Virus record (IMG/VR): IMGVR_UViG_2703718856_000005
DNA from: a virus
Taxonomy: Duplodnaviria > Heunggongvirae > Uroviricota > Caudoviricetes
Reading direction: 5' to 3' (one strand)
Length of the DNA stretch: 51,466 bases
In this document: piece after piece, positions 1-13,394 of the stretch
How the letters are laid out: each line of letters starts with the position of its first letter
Numbering within the stretch: the first letter of the stretch is position 1
Notes under the pieces: generated by a model
The model's database searches: none
Told to the model about the DNA's origin: nothing
The model's input: the letters and a program-made list of their open reading frames with translations, nothing else
Translations under genes and position numbers: made by a program

Positions 1-1284
1 TTACAGACTTCTGGAAGGTTGCGCAGCTCTTACAACACGCGGTTGATCTTCCGCAGCGTCTTCCAGCGCACTTAAATCACGGTCTTTCACCTCTGGTATT
101 TTCAGCGCAGAGATTAAACCAATCACTGAATATGCCATGATCATAATGGCGATCGGATACCAGGATTCCGTCATGGTGCAGAAAATACCCGCCAGGATAG
201 GACCAAAACCGGAAGCGATAAGACCACCAATTTCTTTAGAAATAGCCATCCGGGTAAAGCGGTTTTTACAGCCGAACATTTCTGCCATGGTAATGTTTTC
301 CAGAGCAAATAATCCCAGCACCGCACAGTTATGAATCACAATCAGTGCAACCATAATGGTGCTCGGGGCATAGCTTTTATCTACAATGATAGAAAGCATT
401 GGCCATGCCAGCACAATCGCGGAGGTATTCATAATAATATACGGGATCCGGCGACCAATTTTATCGGATAACCAACCAAGGAACGGAATGGTCATAAAGC
501 CGAGAATCGAACTGATCATCAATGCATCTGTTGGAATTGCTTTGTTAAACAATAACGTCTGCACTAAATAGCCTGCAAGGAAAGTCTGAATTAACCCGGA
601 GTTACCCGCCTGACCAAAACGCAGCCCTGTTGCCAGCCAGAAGGATTTGCTCTGGAACATGCTACCAGCAGGTGCAGGTTTTGCTGTCGGTTGGTTACTG
701 TCGTTAACCTTCTCAAAGACCGGGCTTTCTTTCAGATTCATACGCAACCAGATAGCAAAGACCATCACGACAACGCTCGCCAGGAACGGTATACGCCATC
801 CCCACGCCAGCAGTTCCTCTTTACTGAGAATGAAGAACATAAAGGCCCAGATTGCCGTTGCGCTCAAGGTTCCGCAGTTAGTTCCCATAGCCACAAATGA
901 GGAGATAATTCCGCGCTTACCTTTTGGCGCATATTCCGCCAGCATCGTACCGGCACCGGAAATTTCCGCACCTGCACCCAACCCCTGAATAATACGCAAC
1001 GTCACCAGCAAGATGGGTGCAAAAACACCAATCTGTGCATAGGTCGGTAACACACCAATTAAGGTGGTACAGATCCCCATCATGGTGATGGTAATAAAGA
1101 GCACTTTTTTACGCCCTATTCTGTCGCCCATTTTGCCGAAAATAAATGCTCCGACAATACGCGCCACATAACCTGCACCGTAGGTTCCCATTGCCAGAAT
1201 TAACGCCATTGCCGTTGATGATTCAGGAAAAAATATTTCATGAAACACTAACGCTGCGCCGAGCGAATATAACTGGAAATCCAT
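1..1284 (-). CDS. ydfJ: MFS transporter, ShiA/ProP-like; ORF begins inside the first transmembrane helix and its C-terminus runs off the window start
   Basis: 427 aa ORF with the MFS loop motif GDRIGRKK and multiple hydrophobic helices; N-terminal residues expected for this family are missing, and prophage sequence starts immediately upstream. Confidence 0.8.
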   Translation of the reverse strand: MDFQLYSLGAALVFHEIFFPESSTAMALILAMGTYGAGYVARIVGAFIFGKMGDRIGRKKVLFITITMMGICTTLIGVLPTYAQIGVFAPILLVTLRIIQGLGAGAEISGAGTMLAEYAPKGKRGIISSFVAMGTNCGTLSATAIWAFMFFILSKEELLAWGWRIPFLASVVVMVFAIWLRMNLKESPVFEKVNDSNQPTAKPAPAGSMFQSKSFWLATGLRFGQAGNSGLIQTFLAGYLVQTLLFNKAIPTDALMISSILGFMTIPFLGWLSDKIGRRIPYIIMNTSAIVLAWPMLSIIVDKSYAPSTIMVALIVIHNCAVLGLFALENITMAEMFGCKNRFTRMAISKEIGGLIASGFGPILAGIFCTMTESWYPIAIMIMAYSVIGLISALKIPEVKDRDLSALEDAAEDQPRVVRAAQPSRSL

Positions 1285-1888
1285 AATTCACAGGTGTTTT
1301 TTCCCATCCTGTGGTTTCCTTGGCGTTTTCTAGGTTTTTTCAGATAGTTGCATTTTTTAAAAAGCATCCTAAGTTCGATCTCAGTGTCTATCTGGGGCCT
1401 ATTTATGTCCCATATATGCCCCAAAAAAAACTCCCCAACAGATAAGTAGTTTTTTCATGGATTTATGCGTAAAATCAAGAACGGCTGGAAATCATTCAAT
1501 ACTCACACTATCGAAAAATTTACCAGCCAACCGCAGCACGTTCTTGCATAAGGCGTGTCTGCGGTTTTTCAACTATTCAGATACATCACTCCCATCACAT
1601 TCATTCCTCCGCATCAAAGGCATATAGGCTATATCACCTTGATATTTTTATTTTTCAGATAAAAACTGTTATCTATGTATACTTTTAAACCCAATCCGTG
1701 TAGAGTCTCTGCATAAGATAGTTTGCAGTTGCCGCTTCAGCTTGCGCCATAAACCGCCTGATTTTTGCTGCCACCTGTTAGCATTCCTGTATACCTGAAA
1801 CGACAATGTTTATCTACGAACTTTAAGAACACCCAAGATAAAAATTGTCAACTATATCATATATAACACATTACTAATTCGAGGCTAT

Positions 1889-2002
1889 ATGAACAGCATA
1901 CTGATAATCACATCTCTCCTTATCATATTCAGCATTTTTAGTCATGCCCTAATAAAATTAGGGATTGGCATATCCAATAACCCAGACAAAACCGATGTAT
2001 AA
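1889..2002 (+). CDS. small hydrophobic peptide, 37 aa ([37 protein letters not shown])
   Basis: ATG at 1889 preceded by GAGG at 1881..1884; single predicted transmembrane helix; below the 60 aa track cutoff. Confidence 0.25.
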
Positions 2003-2070
2003 GTCAACATATCCTGAATCAGACATACAATATCGCAATGAAAATCAATAATATTTTAAGGAATATCTTC

Positions 2071-2304
2071 ATGAAATCAAAAGACACCCTAAAGTGGTTC
2101 CCTGCGCAGCTTCCTGAAGTAAGAATTATCCTAGGGGATGCTGTAGTGGAAGTAGCAAAACAGGGAAGACCTATCAATACCAGAACATTGCTTGATTACA
2201 TTGAAGGAAACATAAAGAAAAAATCATGGCTGGATAACAAAGAATTATTACAAACAGCGATATCAGTTCTTAAAGACAACCAAAATTTAAATGGTAAAAT
2301 GTAA
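2071..2304 (+). CDS. ydfK: YdfK-like small prophage protein (77 aa from the internal ATG; track ORF starts at 2038)
   Basis: Translation recalled as Qin-prophage YdfK; AAGGA ribosome-binding site 8 nt upstream of ATG 2071, none before 2038. Confidence 0.7.
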   Translation: MKSKDTLKWFPAQLPEVRIILGDAVVEVAKQGRPINTRTLLDYIEGNIKKKSWLDNKELLQTAISVLKDNQNLNGKM

Positions 2305-2620
2305 TATAATAAACTTACTTTTTTATCATTTTTCCACTTTAACAACATTTTGCTCCACTTTTCCACGACCAAACAACTTGAAATCTGGTTAAAATAACAC
2401 GCAACACTATTCTTCTTCCTTGAGTCCGCCCGGAACTCGAAAAACAAACCGAGTTAAAGCCATTTTTCACAAAATCGATTTTGGGTCTCACCAAAATTAC
2501 GGGGTTGCATACGCATTCGTTTATTTTCGAACGTGTACATACAAATATGCACAAAAATAATCAAAATTATTTTCTGAGATGCATTATGATATGAACACCA
2601 ATTTCGTATAGAGTCTCACT

Positions 2621-3211
2621 ATGTCTCGAATTTTTGCTTACTGTCGGATATCAACGCTGGATCAGACCACCGAAAATCAACGCCGGGAAATCGAAAGTGC
2701 AGGTTTTAAAATCAAACCTCAGCAAATAATCGAAGAACACATTAGCGGCTCAGCAGCAACCAGTGAGCGTCCTGGTTTTAACCGGTTGCTTGCTCGCCTG
2801 AAATGTGGTGATCAATTGATTGTGACAAAACTGGATCGCCTTGGTTGTAATGCAATGGATATCAGGAAAACAGTGGAACAACTGACCGAAACAGGTATCA
2901 GAGTGCATTGCTTAGCATTGGGGGGCATTGACCTGACCAGTCCAACAGGAAAAATGATGATGCAAGTAATTTCAGCAGTCGCTGAATTTGAACGAGACCT
3001 TTTACTTGAACGCACTCATTCCGGGATAGTAAGAGCCCGGGGCGCAGGGAAACGTTTTGGTCGACCACCTGTGTTAAATGAAGAACAGAAACAGGTGGTA
3101 TTCGAACGAATTAAGTCAGGTGTAAGTATAAGTGCCATTGCCCGGGAATTCAAAACCTCGCGGCAAACCATTTTAAGAGCCAAAGCAAAACTTCAGACAC
3201 CTGACATATAA
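2621..3211 (+). CDS. pinQ: serine recombinase, DNA invertase of the Pin/Gin/Hin family
   Basis: 196 aa; N-terminal catalytic motif YCRISTLDQ and C-terminal helix-turn-helix; sits next to tail fibre genes as in Qin and e14. Confidence 0.9.
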
Positions 3212-3308
3212 AAAATAATCTCGGTGTGAGATGCTTTACGTCTTCCAAGCCACCTTCCTTGCCGTAAATGGAAAGATACATCTAATTATAGAATTTATAT
3301 GTTTTACC

Positions 3309-3884
3309 CTACGGCAGTGCTGGCCATTCAATATCCTGTGCAGTTGACGTATCAACACGGTTCAGCAATACCCGATACTTTTTCCATGCTTCCAGCAACG
3401 AGATTTCTTCCTCCGTTGCAATTTCCAGATCTGCAGCATCCTGAAGCGGCGCAATATGCTCACTGGCTACCTGCATCAGGCTGTTTTTTGTTTCTTCCGC
3501 CTCCCGGATCCGGAACAGTTTTTCTGCTTCCGTATCCTTCACCCAGGCTGTGCCGTTCCACTTCTGATATTCCCCTCCCGGCGATAACCAGGTAACATTT
3601 TCCGGTAACGGACCGAGTTCAGAAATAAATAACGCGTCGCCGGAAGCCACGTCATAAACCGTTTTACCCCGATGATCTTCAACGAGATGCCACGATGCCT
3701 CATCACTGTTGAAAACAGCCACGAAGCCTGCCGGAATATCTGGCGGTGCAATATCGATACTGTTTGCTGGCAGACCTGTATGAGGCGGAATATATGCGTC
3801 ACCTTCACCAATAAATTCATTAGTTCCGGCCAGCAGATTATAAATTTTTATGGTCCGTGGTTGTTCACTCATTCTGAATGCCAT
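3309..3884 (-). CDS. tfa: tail fibre assembly protein Tfa
   Basis: 191 aa ORF immediately downstream of stf, start overlapping the stf stop; translation recalled as the lambda/Qin Tfa family. Confidence 0.85.
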   Translation of the reverse strand: MAFRMSEQPRTIKIYNLLAGTNEFIGEGDAYIPPHTGLPANSIDIAPPDIPAGFVAVFNSDEASWHLVEDHRGKTVYDVASGDALFISELGPLPENVTWLSPGGEYQKWNGTAWVKDTEAEKLFRIREAEETKNSLMQVASEHIAPLQDAADLEIATEEEISLLEAWKKYRVLLNRVDTSTAQDIEWPALP

Positions 3885-6800
3885 TATGCAAGCCTCACAA
3901 TATAGTTAAATGCGATGTTTTTGACGGTGTTTTCCGCGTTACCAGCAGCGTTAACGGTGATGGTATGTCCATGTGAACCAATCGCAACGGAGTGCGTATG
4001 AGCACCAATACCGACAGTATGTGCGTGTGCACCTGCGCTTGCAGCAGTACCCGATACAGAGTGCGTATGAGCGCCTGCAGAAGAAGTGTTAACACTGTAT
4101 TTAGAGTAATCAGGTGATCCACTTCCCGGAGCACCACTGGAACCACCTGAAACAAATGTCATCGAATGGGTATGTGCACCGGCTGAAGCAGCCGTACCGC
4201 TAACACTATGGGTATGCGCACCAGTGTTATTCGTGGATTTAGTGCCGTAATCAAACGACGATGTGGTTTTCGTCCCCAAATCCGTACTGGATACGCTGGC
4301 GCTGTGGGTGTGTGATTTAATGCCGTCCTGTTCCTGAGACAATACGGCTCGATCACTGGCGGGCTTGCCCTTAATCGTCCAGCCACGCATATCAGGGATC
4401 ACGCCTGACGGATAAGCGGCTGCAAGTTTCGGGTAAGCAGATTTGTCAAAAGTCTGCCCCTGCATCAGGGCATAACCAGACGGAACGGTATCTGATGGCC
4501 ACGGGATTGGTGCACCGACTGGATAAAACTCTGCAGGAGGATGAGCCGAGGTGTAAAGCTGCGCCCACGGCGACCAGTTTGCGTCGGTCGTATCCCGTCG
4601 TGAACGAATAAATGCCGGAGCATGAGCACCGCTTGTACCACTCCAGCCGATGAGTAACTCACCTTCGCCAACGGCTGTCATCCCTTTCAGGTGAATGATA
4701 TTTCCATACGCTGTTGGATATCCGTTGTTATACACCTCGTATAACTCAAGACCTGTTGCCCCCTGCGTATTGTCTGTCAGCGCGGTTACCCGACCTTTTG
4801 AAGACAGATTAACTGATGATACTGCTGTTCCACCTGACGGTAACGCCCCGATCTCTGATGCCGTTGGCTTATTTCTGGAGTTATAGTCCCTTCGCCAGCC
4901 AGGTGAATAATCTGTTCCGTGATTAATATAGGTAAACTGGGCGTTAGTTGTTCCACCACCAGTGGAGGTGGTCGGTGTGGTAATGCGGATCGTCATCGCT
5001 GACTTTATCCCCATTACTTCAATGACAGCTCCGGCGAGATGAATATTACCGCAGCCAGTATCAGTAATGATTTTATTATTGCCATAAGACCAGGAACCCT
5101 TGCACATCCAGTATGGATGGTTAAATGCTCCCTGAGAATCCAGCCACTCGATAAACTGTGCAGTCGTCCAGTTTCCTGTTGTTGTGCTTACTGACCCACC
5201 GAAGGCACGGCAGGCACCAATATTTTTCGTAAAGGTGTCTTTGCCAGGGATATCCGCACCGTTCTGATCTTTCTGCAGACGTTTCTCAGCATTGTCATTG
5301 GCTGCTTTTACTGCCTTTGGCGTTGCCGCCAGCGTTTCAGACGTGCTGTTGGTCGCGCTGCTTAGCTGGATTATCCCTTTCTGTGCTGTCGTTGCATCCT
5401 GTGCGGTGTATTTCCCGTTAGCCAGGTCATACGCGGCCTTAACGGCTTTTGGCGTTGCCGCCAGTGACTCGGAAGTGCTGTTGGTCGCACTGCTGAGCTG
5501 TACTATCCCCTTTTTCGTCGTGCTCGCATCCTCAAGCGCCACGGCGGATGCAATATCCTCTGCCCGTTTTGCCGCTGTCTCAGCGCGCGTTGCTGCAGAT
5601 TCCGCCGTACTTTTGCTCTGAGCTGCTGCCGTCGCACTGCCAGCTGCCTCTGTCGCCTTCGTGGATGCCGTCGTGGCGCTACCCTTCGCTGCTGACGCCT
5701 GTCTGGTCGCCTCATCTTTTGAAGCAGACGCAGATGATGCCGATGACGACGCCGAACTGGCTGACGATGCGGCAGCCGTTTTTGAGGATTCTGCGCTGGT
5801 TTCCGACGCTTTCGCGTTCGTTTCGGATGTCTTCGCTGCGGAAGCAGACCTCGCTGCTGCGCTGGCCTGTTCAGTGGCTTCGCCAGCCTTCGTTGTGGCT
5901 GTTGAAGCAGACGATGCGGCGCTTTCTGCCGATTTTCCGGCGGCGGTGGCACTGGCTGAGGCCTGCCCGGCACTTGTTGACGCTGCACTGGCAGACGACG
6001 CAGCCGCTGTTTTTGAGCCTGCCGCAGCCGAGGCGCTCTGTCCCGCTGCCGTTTCAGAAGACCTGGCGTTCGTCTCTGACGTTTTTGCCGCCTTCGCGGA
6101 ATTTCCTGCCGCTGTTGCCGAGGAAGCTGCGCTACTGGCGCTCGAGGATGCGTTCGTTTCTGATGATTTTGCCGCCTCTTTTGAAGCCGCCGCATCCCGG
6201 GCTGAGGTGGCAGCTTCTGACGCTTTCGTAGTCGCGGTGGATGCAGAAGTGGCTGCTGATTGTTGTGACGCTGCAGCATTCGTTTCTGACGTTTTCGCGG
6301 CACTGGCACTGGTAGCTGCCGCGCTTTTTGAGGACTCTGCAGCGGCAGCACTTTTTGATGCTTCAGTGGCCTTTGTTGATGCCGTTCCTGCGCTGGAAGT
6401 CGCTGACTGAGCCGACGACGCGGCCTGTCCGGCTGACGTGCTGGCTGCGCGTGCTGAGCCTGCAGCATCAGTCGCATGGGTTGCCGCCTCACGGGCTGAT
6501 GTGCTGGCATCACTGGCTGACTTCTTCGCGGCTGCCGTGTTCTGTGCCACCACGGACGCGTTACGCGCCACCTCTTCCACCATCAGCTCAAAACGGCGCA
6601 GTGCCTCCGGACGGGCATCATCCTCCGTCATGGCACCGAGAAAATCATTCAGCGTACCGGGTCGGGAATCTTCATACACTGTGATGGTCCCGGCATGTGA
6701 CGGCGGGAATCCTTCCACCAACAGAATAACGCTGTACTGACCGTACTCAACGTCCATACTGTAACGCCCGGCTTCATCCGGATTTTCAGATGCCAGCGTG

Positions 6801-6913
6801 TTCACCACCACCGTGGTACTGTTACGTTTTGCTTTCAGCTGGATTGTGCAGTTCTGTACCGGTTTTCCTGTGCCGTCTTTCAGTACACCTGAAATTTTTA
6901 CTGCCATATTCAC
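3884..6913 (-). CDS. stf: side tail fibre protein Stf, 1009 aa
   Basis: N-terminus [26 protein letters not shown] matches lambda Stf; long Ala/Ser-rich repeat shaft; C-terminal GAHTHS repeats. Confidence 0.9.
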   Translation of the reverse strand: MNMAVKISGVLKDGTGKPVQNCTIQLKAKRNSTTVVVNTLASENPDEAGRYSMDVEYGQYSVILLVEGFPPSHAGTITVYEDSRPGTLNDFLGAMTEDDARPEALRRFELMVEEVARNASVVAQNTAAAKKSASDASTSAREAATHATDAAGSARAASTSAGQAASSAQSATSSAGTASTKATEASKSAAAAESSKSAAATSASAAKTSETNAAASQQSAATSASTATTKASEAATSARDAAASKEAAKSSETNASSSASSAASSATAAGNSAKAAKTSETNARSSETAAGQSASAAAGSKTAAASSASAASTSAGQASASATAAGKSAESAASSASTATTKAGEATEQASAAARSASAAKTSETNAKASETSAESSKTAAASSASSASSSASSASASKDEATRQASAAKGSATTASTKATEAAGSATAAAQSKSTAESAATRAETAAKRAEDIASAVALEDASTTKKGIVQLSSATNSTSESLAATPKAVKAAYDLANGKYTAQDATTAQKGIIQLSSATNSTSETLAATPKAVKAANDNAEKRLQKDQNGADIPGKDTFTKNIGACRAFGGSVSTTTGNWTTAQFIEWLDSQGAFNHPYWMCKGSWSYGNNKIITDTGCGNIHLAGAVIEVMGIKSAMTIRITTPTTSTGGGTTNAQFTYINHGTDYSPGWRRDYNSRNKPTASEIGALPSGGTAVSSVNLSSKGRVTALTDNTQGATGLELYEVYNNGYPTAYGNIIHLKGMTAVGEGELLIGWSGTSGAHAPAFIRSRRDTTDANWSPWAQLYTSAHPPAEFYPVGAPIPWPSDTVPSGYALMQGQTFDKSAYPKLAAAYPSGVIPDMRGWTIKGKPASDRAVLSQEQDGIKSHTHSASVSSTDLGTKTTSSFDYGTKSTNNTGAHTHSVSGTAASAGAHTHSMTFVSGGSSGAPGSGSPDYSKYSVNTSSAGAHTHSVSGTAASAGAHAHTVGIGAHTHSVAIGSHGHTITVNAAGNAENTVKNIAFNYIVRLA

Positions 6914-6920
6914 CCCACAA

Positions 6921-6948
6921 AAAAGCCCGCCTGAACCGGCGGGCTGTC
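6921..6948 (-). terminator. rho-independent terminator candidate downstream of lom
   Basis: GC stem AGCCCGCC/GGCGGGCT followed by a T-run on the minus strand. Confidence 0.45.
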
Positions 6949-6971
6949 ATAACACTGTGTTACCTGGCTAA

Positions 6972-7523
6972 TCAGAATTTATAACCAACACCCACGATGA
7001 ACCCGTCAGTGCGCCAGTCACCACTGCCGGAGCCTTCATAAGCGACATCAATGGCCACGGATTCGGTCGGGTTAAACTGCACGCCAGCTCCCCACGCCAG
7101 AGACGTGTTGCTGTGGCGACCGTCATCACTTCCGGTCAGCACGTCGTGCGTTTTCCCCTTGTTGTCAGTTACGCGGAGATAATCCCCGGAGAAAGTCGAC
7201 ACACGGCTGTAAGCCATACCCGCCATCACGCTGAACCAGCGGTTACGCACGGAATCTTCATGCCAGCGGGTATCGCTGTAACGGGTAAGCTGGCGATTCT
7301 TGTCTCCTGCATAGCTGAATGACGTCACCAGCCCCAGTGTGTCCGTAAACTCATAACGGTATTTCACGTTAATCCCGTTCAGATCATCGCTGCCGGGAAC
7401 GTTCGTCGAGGCATGAAGATACCCCGCGCTCAGCGTGGACTGATGTTCAGACGCCCATGCAGGCGCACCGGATACGGCCAGACAAATGGCTGCGGACAAA
7501 ATGGCGGCATAAAGTTTACGCAT
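6972..7523 (-). CDS. lom: outer membrane protein Lom (Ail/Lom/PagC family)
   Basis: 183 aa with signal peptide and beta-barrel-like alternating pattern ending in a C-terminal aromatic residue; positioned between J and stf as in lambda. Confidence 0.85.
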
Positions 7524-7544
7524 AATTACCTCTCGCTTTTCTGC

Positions 7545-7568
7545 AATAAAAAAGGCGTCATTTCTGAC
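7545..7568 (-). terminator. rho-independent terminator candidate downstream of J
   Basis: Hairpin GGCGTCA-TTTC-TGACGCC followed by T-run on the minus strand. Confidence 0.4.
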
Positions 7569-7589
7569 GCCCGTTCTGGGTTATAAAAT

Positions 7590-10991
<3,402 letters not shown>

Positions 10992-11048
10992 TCACGCTCC
11001 ATAAATGACAAAACCGCCCGCAGGCGGTTTCACATAAAACATTTTGCA

Positions 11049-11720
11049 TCAGCGACCAATCACCACAACCTGACCACCGTCCCCTTCGTCTGCCGTGCTG
11101 ATCTCCTGAGAAACCACGCGTGACCCCACGCGCATTTCCCCGTACAGAACAGGCAGAACATTGCCCTGGGCAACCATGTTATCCAGTGAGGAGAAATAGG
11201 TGTTCTGCTTACCGTTATCCGTTGTCTGTGTACGGGGAGTTCTGGCTTTCGGTGCCAGCATCTGCGCCACACCACCGAACACCATACTGGCACCGAGAGA
11301 AAACAGGATGCCGGTCATACCACCGGCCCCAATGGCTGCCCCCCATGCTGCAAGGGTGGCTCCGGCGGTAAAGAATGATCCGGCAATGGCGGCAGCCCCC
11401 AGGACAATCTGGATTACGCCACCTGACTTGGCCCCGGCGACTCTGGGAACAATATGAATCACAGCGCCATCAGGCAGAGTCTCATGTAACTGCGCCGTTA
11501 ACCCGGACGTGCTGACGTCCCGCCCGGCAATCCGTACCTGATACCAGCCGTCGCTCAGTTTCTGACGAAACGCCGGGAGCTGTGTGGCCAGTGCCCGGAT
11601 GGCTTCAGCCCCCGTTTTCACACGAAGGTCGATGCGGCGACCAAATCGTTGTAAATCCCCGTAAAGGCAGATGCGCGCCATGCCCGGTGACGCCAGAGGG
11701 AGTGTGTGCGTCGCTGCCAT
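11049..11720 (-). CDS. I: tail assembly protein I
   Basis: 223 aa, length and order match lambda I. Confidence 0.9.
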   Translation of the reverse strand: MAATHTLPLASPGMARICLYGDLQRFGRRIDLRVKTGAEAIRALATQLPAFRQKLSDGWYQVRIAGRDVSTSGLTAQLHETLPDGAVIHIVPRVAGAKSGGVIQIVLGAAAIAGSFFTAGATLAAWGAAIGAGGMTGILFSLGASMVFGGVAQMLAPKARTPRTQTTDNGKQNTYFSSLDNMVAQGNVLPVLYGEMRVGSRVVSQEISTADEGDGGQVVVIGR

Positions 11721-12361
11721 TTGTCGGTGTACCTCTCTCGTTTGCTCAGTTGTTCAGGAATATGGTGCAGCAGCTCGCCGTCGCCGCAGTAAATTGCGGC
11801 GTGATTCGGCACCGATGAACCAAAACAGCACAGCAGCACATCGCCCGGCTGTGCCGCTGACAACGGCACCTGATACAGCCCCGTCGCCTCCAGATTATCC
11901 AGATAGAGATTCTGGCCGTTACGCCACCAGTCATCCTCACGATGAAAGTCCGGCATCTCAATCCCCGCCAGATGATAAGCATCCCGGAACAGTGTGTAAC
12001 AGTCCGTCACACCGTGCTCAAAGCGCCGCCCGGTGAGATGCGGCACACAGCGGAACTTATGAATCGTCCCCCGGCAGACCAGCCACCACGGCAAATCACT
12101 CTGCACCTGCAGCCGCCGGTCGGCCTCACTCAGCCAGGGCAGACCACCGGGGTGGCTGTGGACCAGCGCCACAATCTCACCCTGCATTTCTGCCTGCAGC
12201 CAGTCTTCCGGCGACATACGGAAATACGCCTCCGGCTCACCGGAGATATTCACGCAGGGGAAATATCTTTCCCCCTCCGGCGTGCTTACCACGAAGCCGC
12301 ACGACTCCGCTGGCGCACATCGCCGGGCGTGCGCCAGAATCGCTGATTCTGTCTGTGTCAT
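11618..12361 (-). CDS. K: tail assembly protein K (NlpC/P60 and JAB/MPN-like); 247 aa from first start, or 199 aa if started at the internal MSPEDW methionine
   Basis: HSHPGG motif; overlaps the start of I by about 100 nt; lies directly after L. Confidence 0.85.
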   Translation of the reverse strand: MTQTESAILAHARRCAPAESCGFVVSTPEGERYFPCVNISGEPEAYFRMSPEDWLQAEMQGEIVALVHSHPGGLPWLSEADRRLQVQSDLPWWLVCRGTIHKFRCVPHLTGRRFEHGVTDCYTLFRDAYHLAGIEMPDFHREDDWWRNGQNLYLDNLEATGLYQVPLSAAQPGDVLLCCFGSSVPNHAAIYCGDGELLHHIPEQLSKRERYTDKWQRRTHSLWRHRAWRASAFTGIYNDLVAASTFV

Positions 12362-12366
12362 GGGAT

Positions 12367-13065
12367 TTACTGCGAAAGTTTGTTAATGGAAAGGAAGCCG
12401 CCAAAGTTGCCGACGTTATTGCGGAACTTACAACCGCTCAGGCATTTGCTGCATTTATCCTTCGTGATATCGGACGTTGGCTGGTCATATTCATCCGCGA
12501 CAGCCGGACCGCTATAACCGCACTCGTCACCGCGATAGGTCCAGGTGCAGGTGTTGGCCAGCATGATACGTCCCGGAAAAACAGCGCCATCCGTTTCCGT
12601 CGGCGTGGACAGTACAAAGGAGGCACTCACCGCGCTCAGTTCGCTGCACTGCTCAATGCGCCAGCGGCTGATCACCTCCTGCTCCGGATCGGCGTAACTG
12701 TTTCCGTTGACGAAGTTCACCGCATCCAGAAAACGGGCGTAAACCTTACGCCGGACCACCGTTCCGCCGACCAGACTCTGCATATCTTCCGCCATCCCGG
12801 TGACCATACCGTACAGGTTAGAAACCGTCAGCGTGGGGCGCGTACTGGTGCCTTTGCCATTCAGTTCAAAACCGCTCCCCTGAATGGGATACGGCTGATA
12901 CTGTCGCCCCTGCCAGGTGACCGGCTCACCTTTTTCGTTCTGCTCATTACAGAAAAAATAACGTTCTCCACCGACCTCTGTCAGGTCGATTTCCCAGAGC
13001 ACCACGCTGGCCGACTGCTCCGCACGGGTGCATTCATTCAGTGTTTCCTGCCGGATATCCTGCAT
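12367..13065 (-). CDS. L: tail assembly protein L
   Basis: 232 aa, lambda L length; cysteine-rich C-terminus. Confidence 0.9.
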   Translation of the reverse strand: MQDIRQETLNECTRAEQSASVVLWEIDLTEVGGERYFFCNEQNEKGEPVTWQGRQYQPYPIQGSGFELNGKGTSTRPTLTVSNLYGMVTGMAEDMQSLVGGTVVRRKVYARFLDAVNFVNGNSYADPEQEVISRWRIEQCSELSAVSASFVLSTPTETDGAVFPGRIMLANTCTWTYRGDECGYSGPAVADEYDQPTSDITKDKCSKCLSGCKFRNNVGNFGGFLSINKLSQ

Positions 13066-13394
13066 CAGTTCACCACCTGTTCAAACTCTGCGCTGAACTC
13101 AACACGCAGCATACTGACCCGCGACGACCATTTTGCGCAGGTCACCTTTATCTGCCGCCACTCATAAGGCGGCGTCCACAGAAAGGATTTCCAGCCCCCG
13201 TGCTCTTCCAGAAACGACTCCAGTACCGTGGCCTCCTCACGGGGGACAGAAAGCGTCACGCTGTACGTTTTCAGGTTGGCATTCAGCCCGGCAGGCGCTC
13301 GCTGAGAATAGCCATCACCAAAGCGCACCTTTCTTACAGAAGGGATCGAAGCCACATCCATACCGGGTTTCACTTTCCAGCGGAAGGTCTTCAT
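13065..13394 (-). CDS. M: tail assembly protein M
   Basis: 109 aa, lambda M length and position. Confidence 0.9.
   Translation of the reverse strand: MKTFRWKVKPGMDVASIPSVRKVRFGDGYSQRAPAGLNANLKTYSVTLSVPREEATVLESFLEEHGGWKSFLWTPPYEWRQIKVTCAKWSSRVSMLRVEFSAEFEQVVN

Noticed and set aside
3212-3308. Possible Pin crossover site in the pin-tfa intergenic region
   Set aside because: Only weak partial dyad symmetry (ATCTC-GGTGT-GAGAT and a TTCC...GGAA motif); no convincing 26 bp gix/pix-like site and no second copy found, so not annotated.
5503-6513. 336 aa Arg/Gln-rich ORF on the minus strand, plus plus-strand ORFs of 249 aa (5661..6410) and 227 aa (5548..6231)
   Set aside because: All lie within stf on alternative frames or the opposite strand and have extreme low-complexity composition; they are artefacts of the repetitive GC-rich Ala/Ser codons of stf.
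11618-11720. About 100 nt overlap between K and I, which could suggest a mis-called start
   Set aside because: Kept as called: the K ORF runs continuously from just after L and includes the residues upstream of the HSHPGG motif; overlapping tail genes are normal in lambda-like modules. The shorter 199 aa internal start remains possible.
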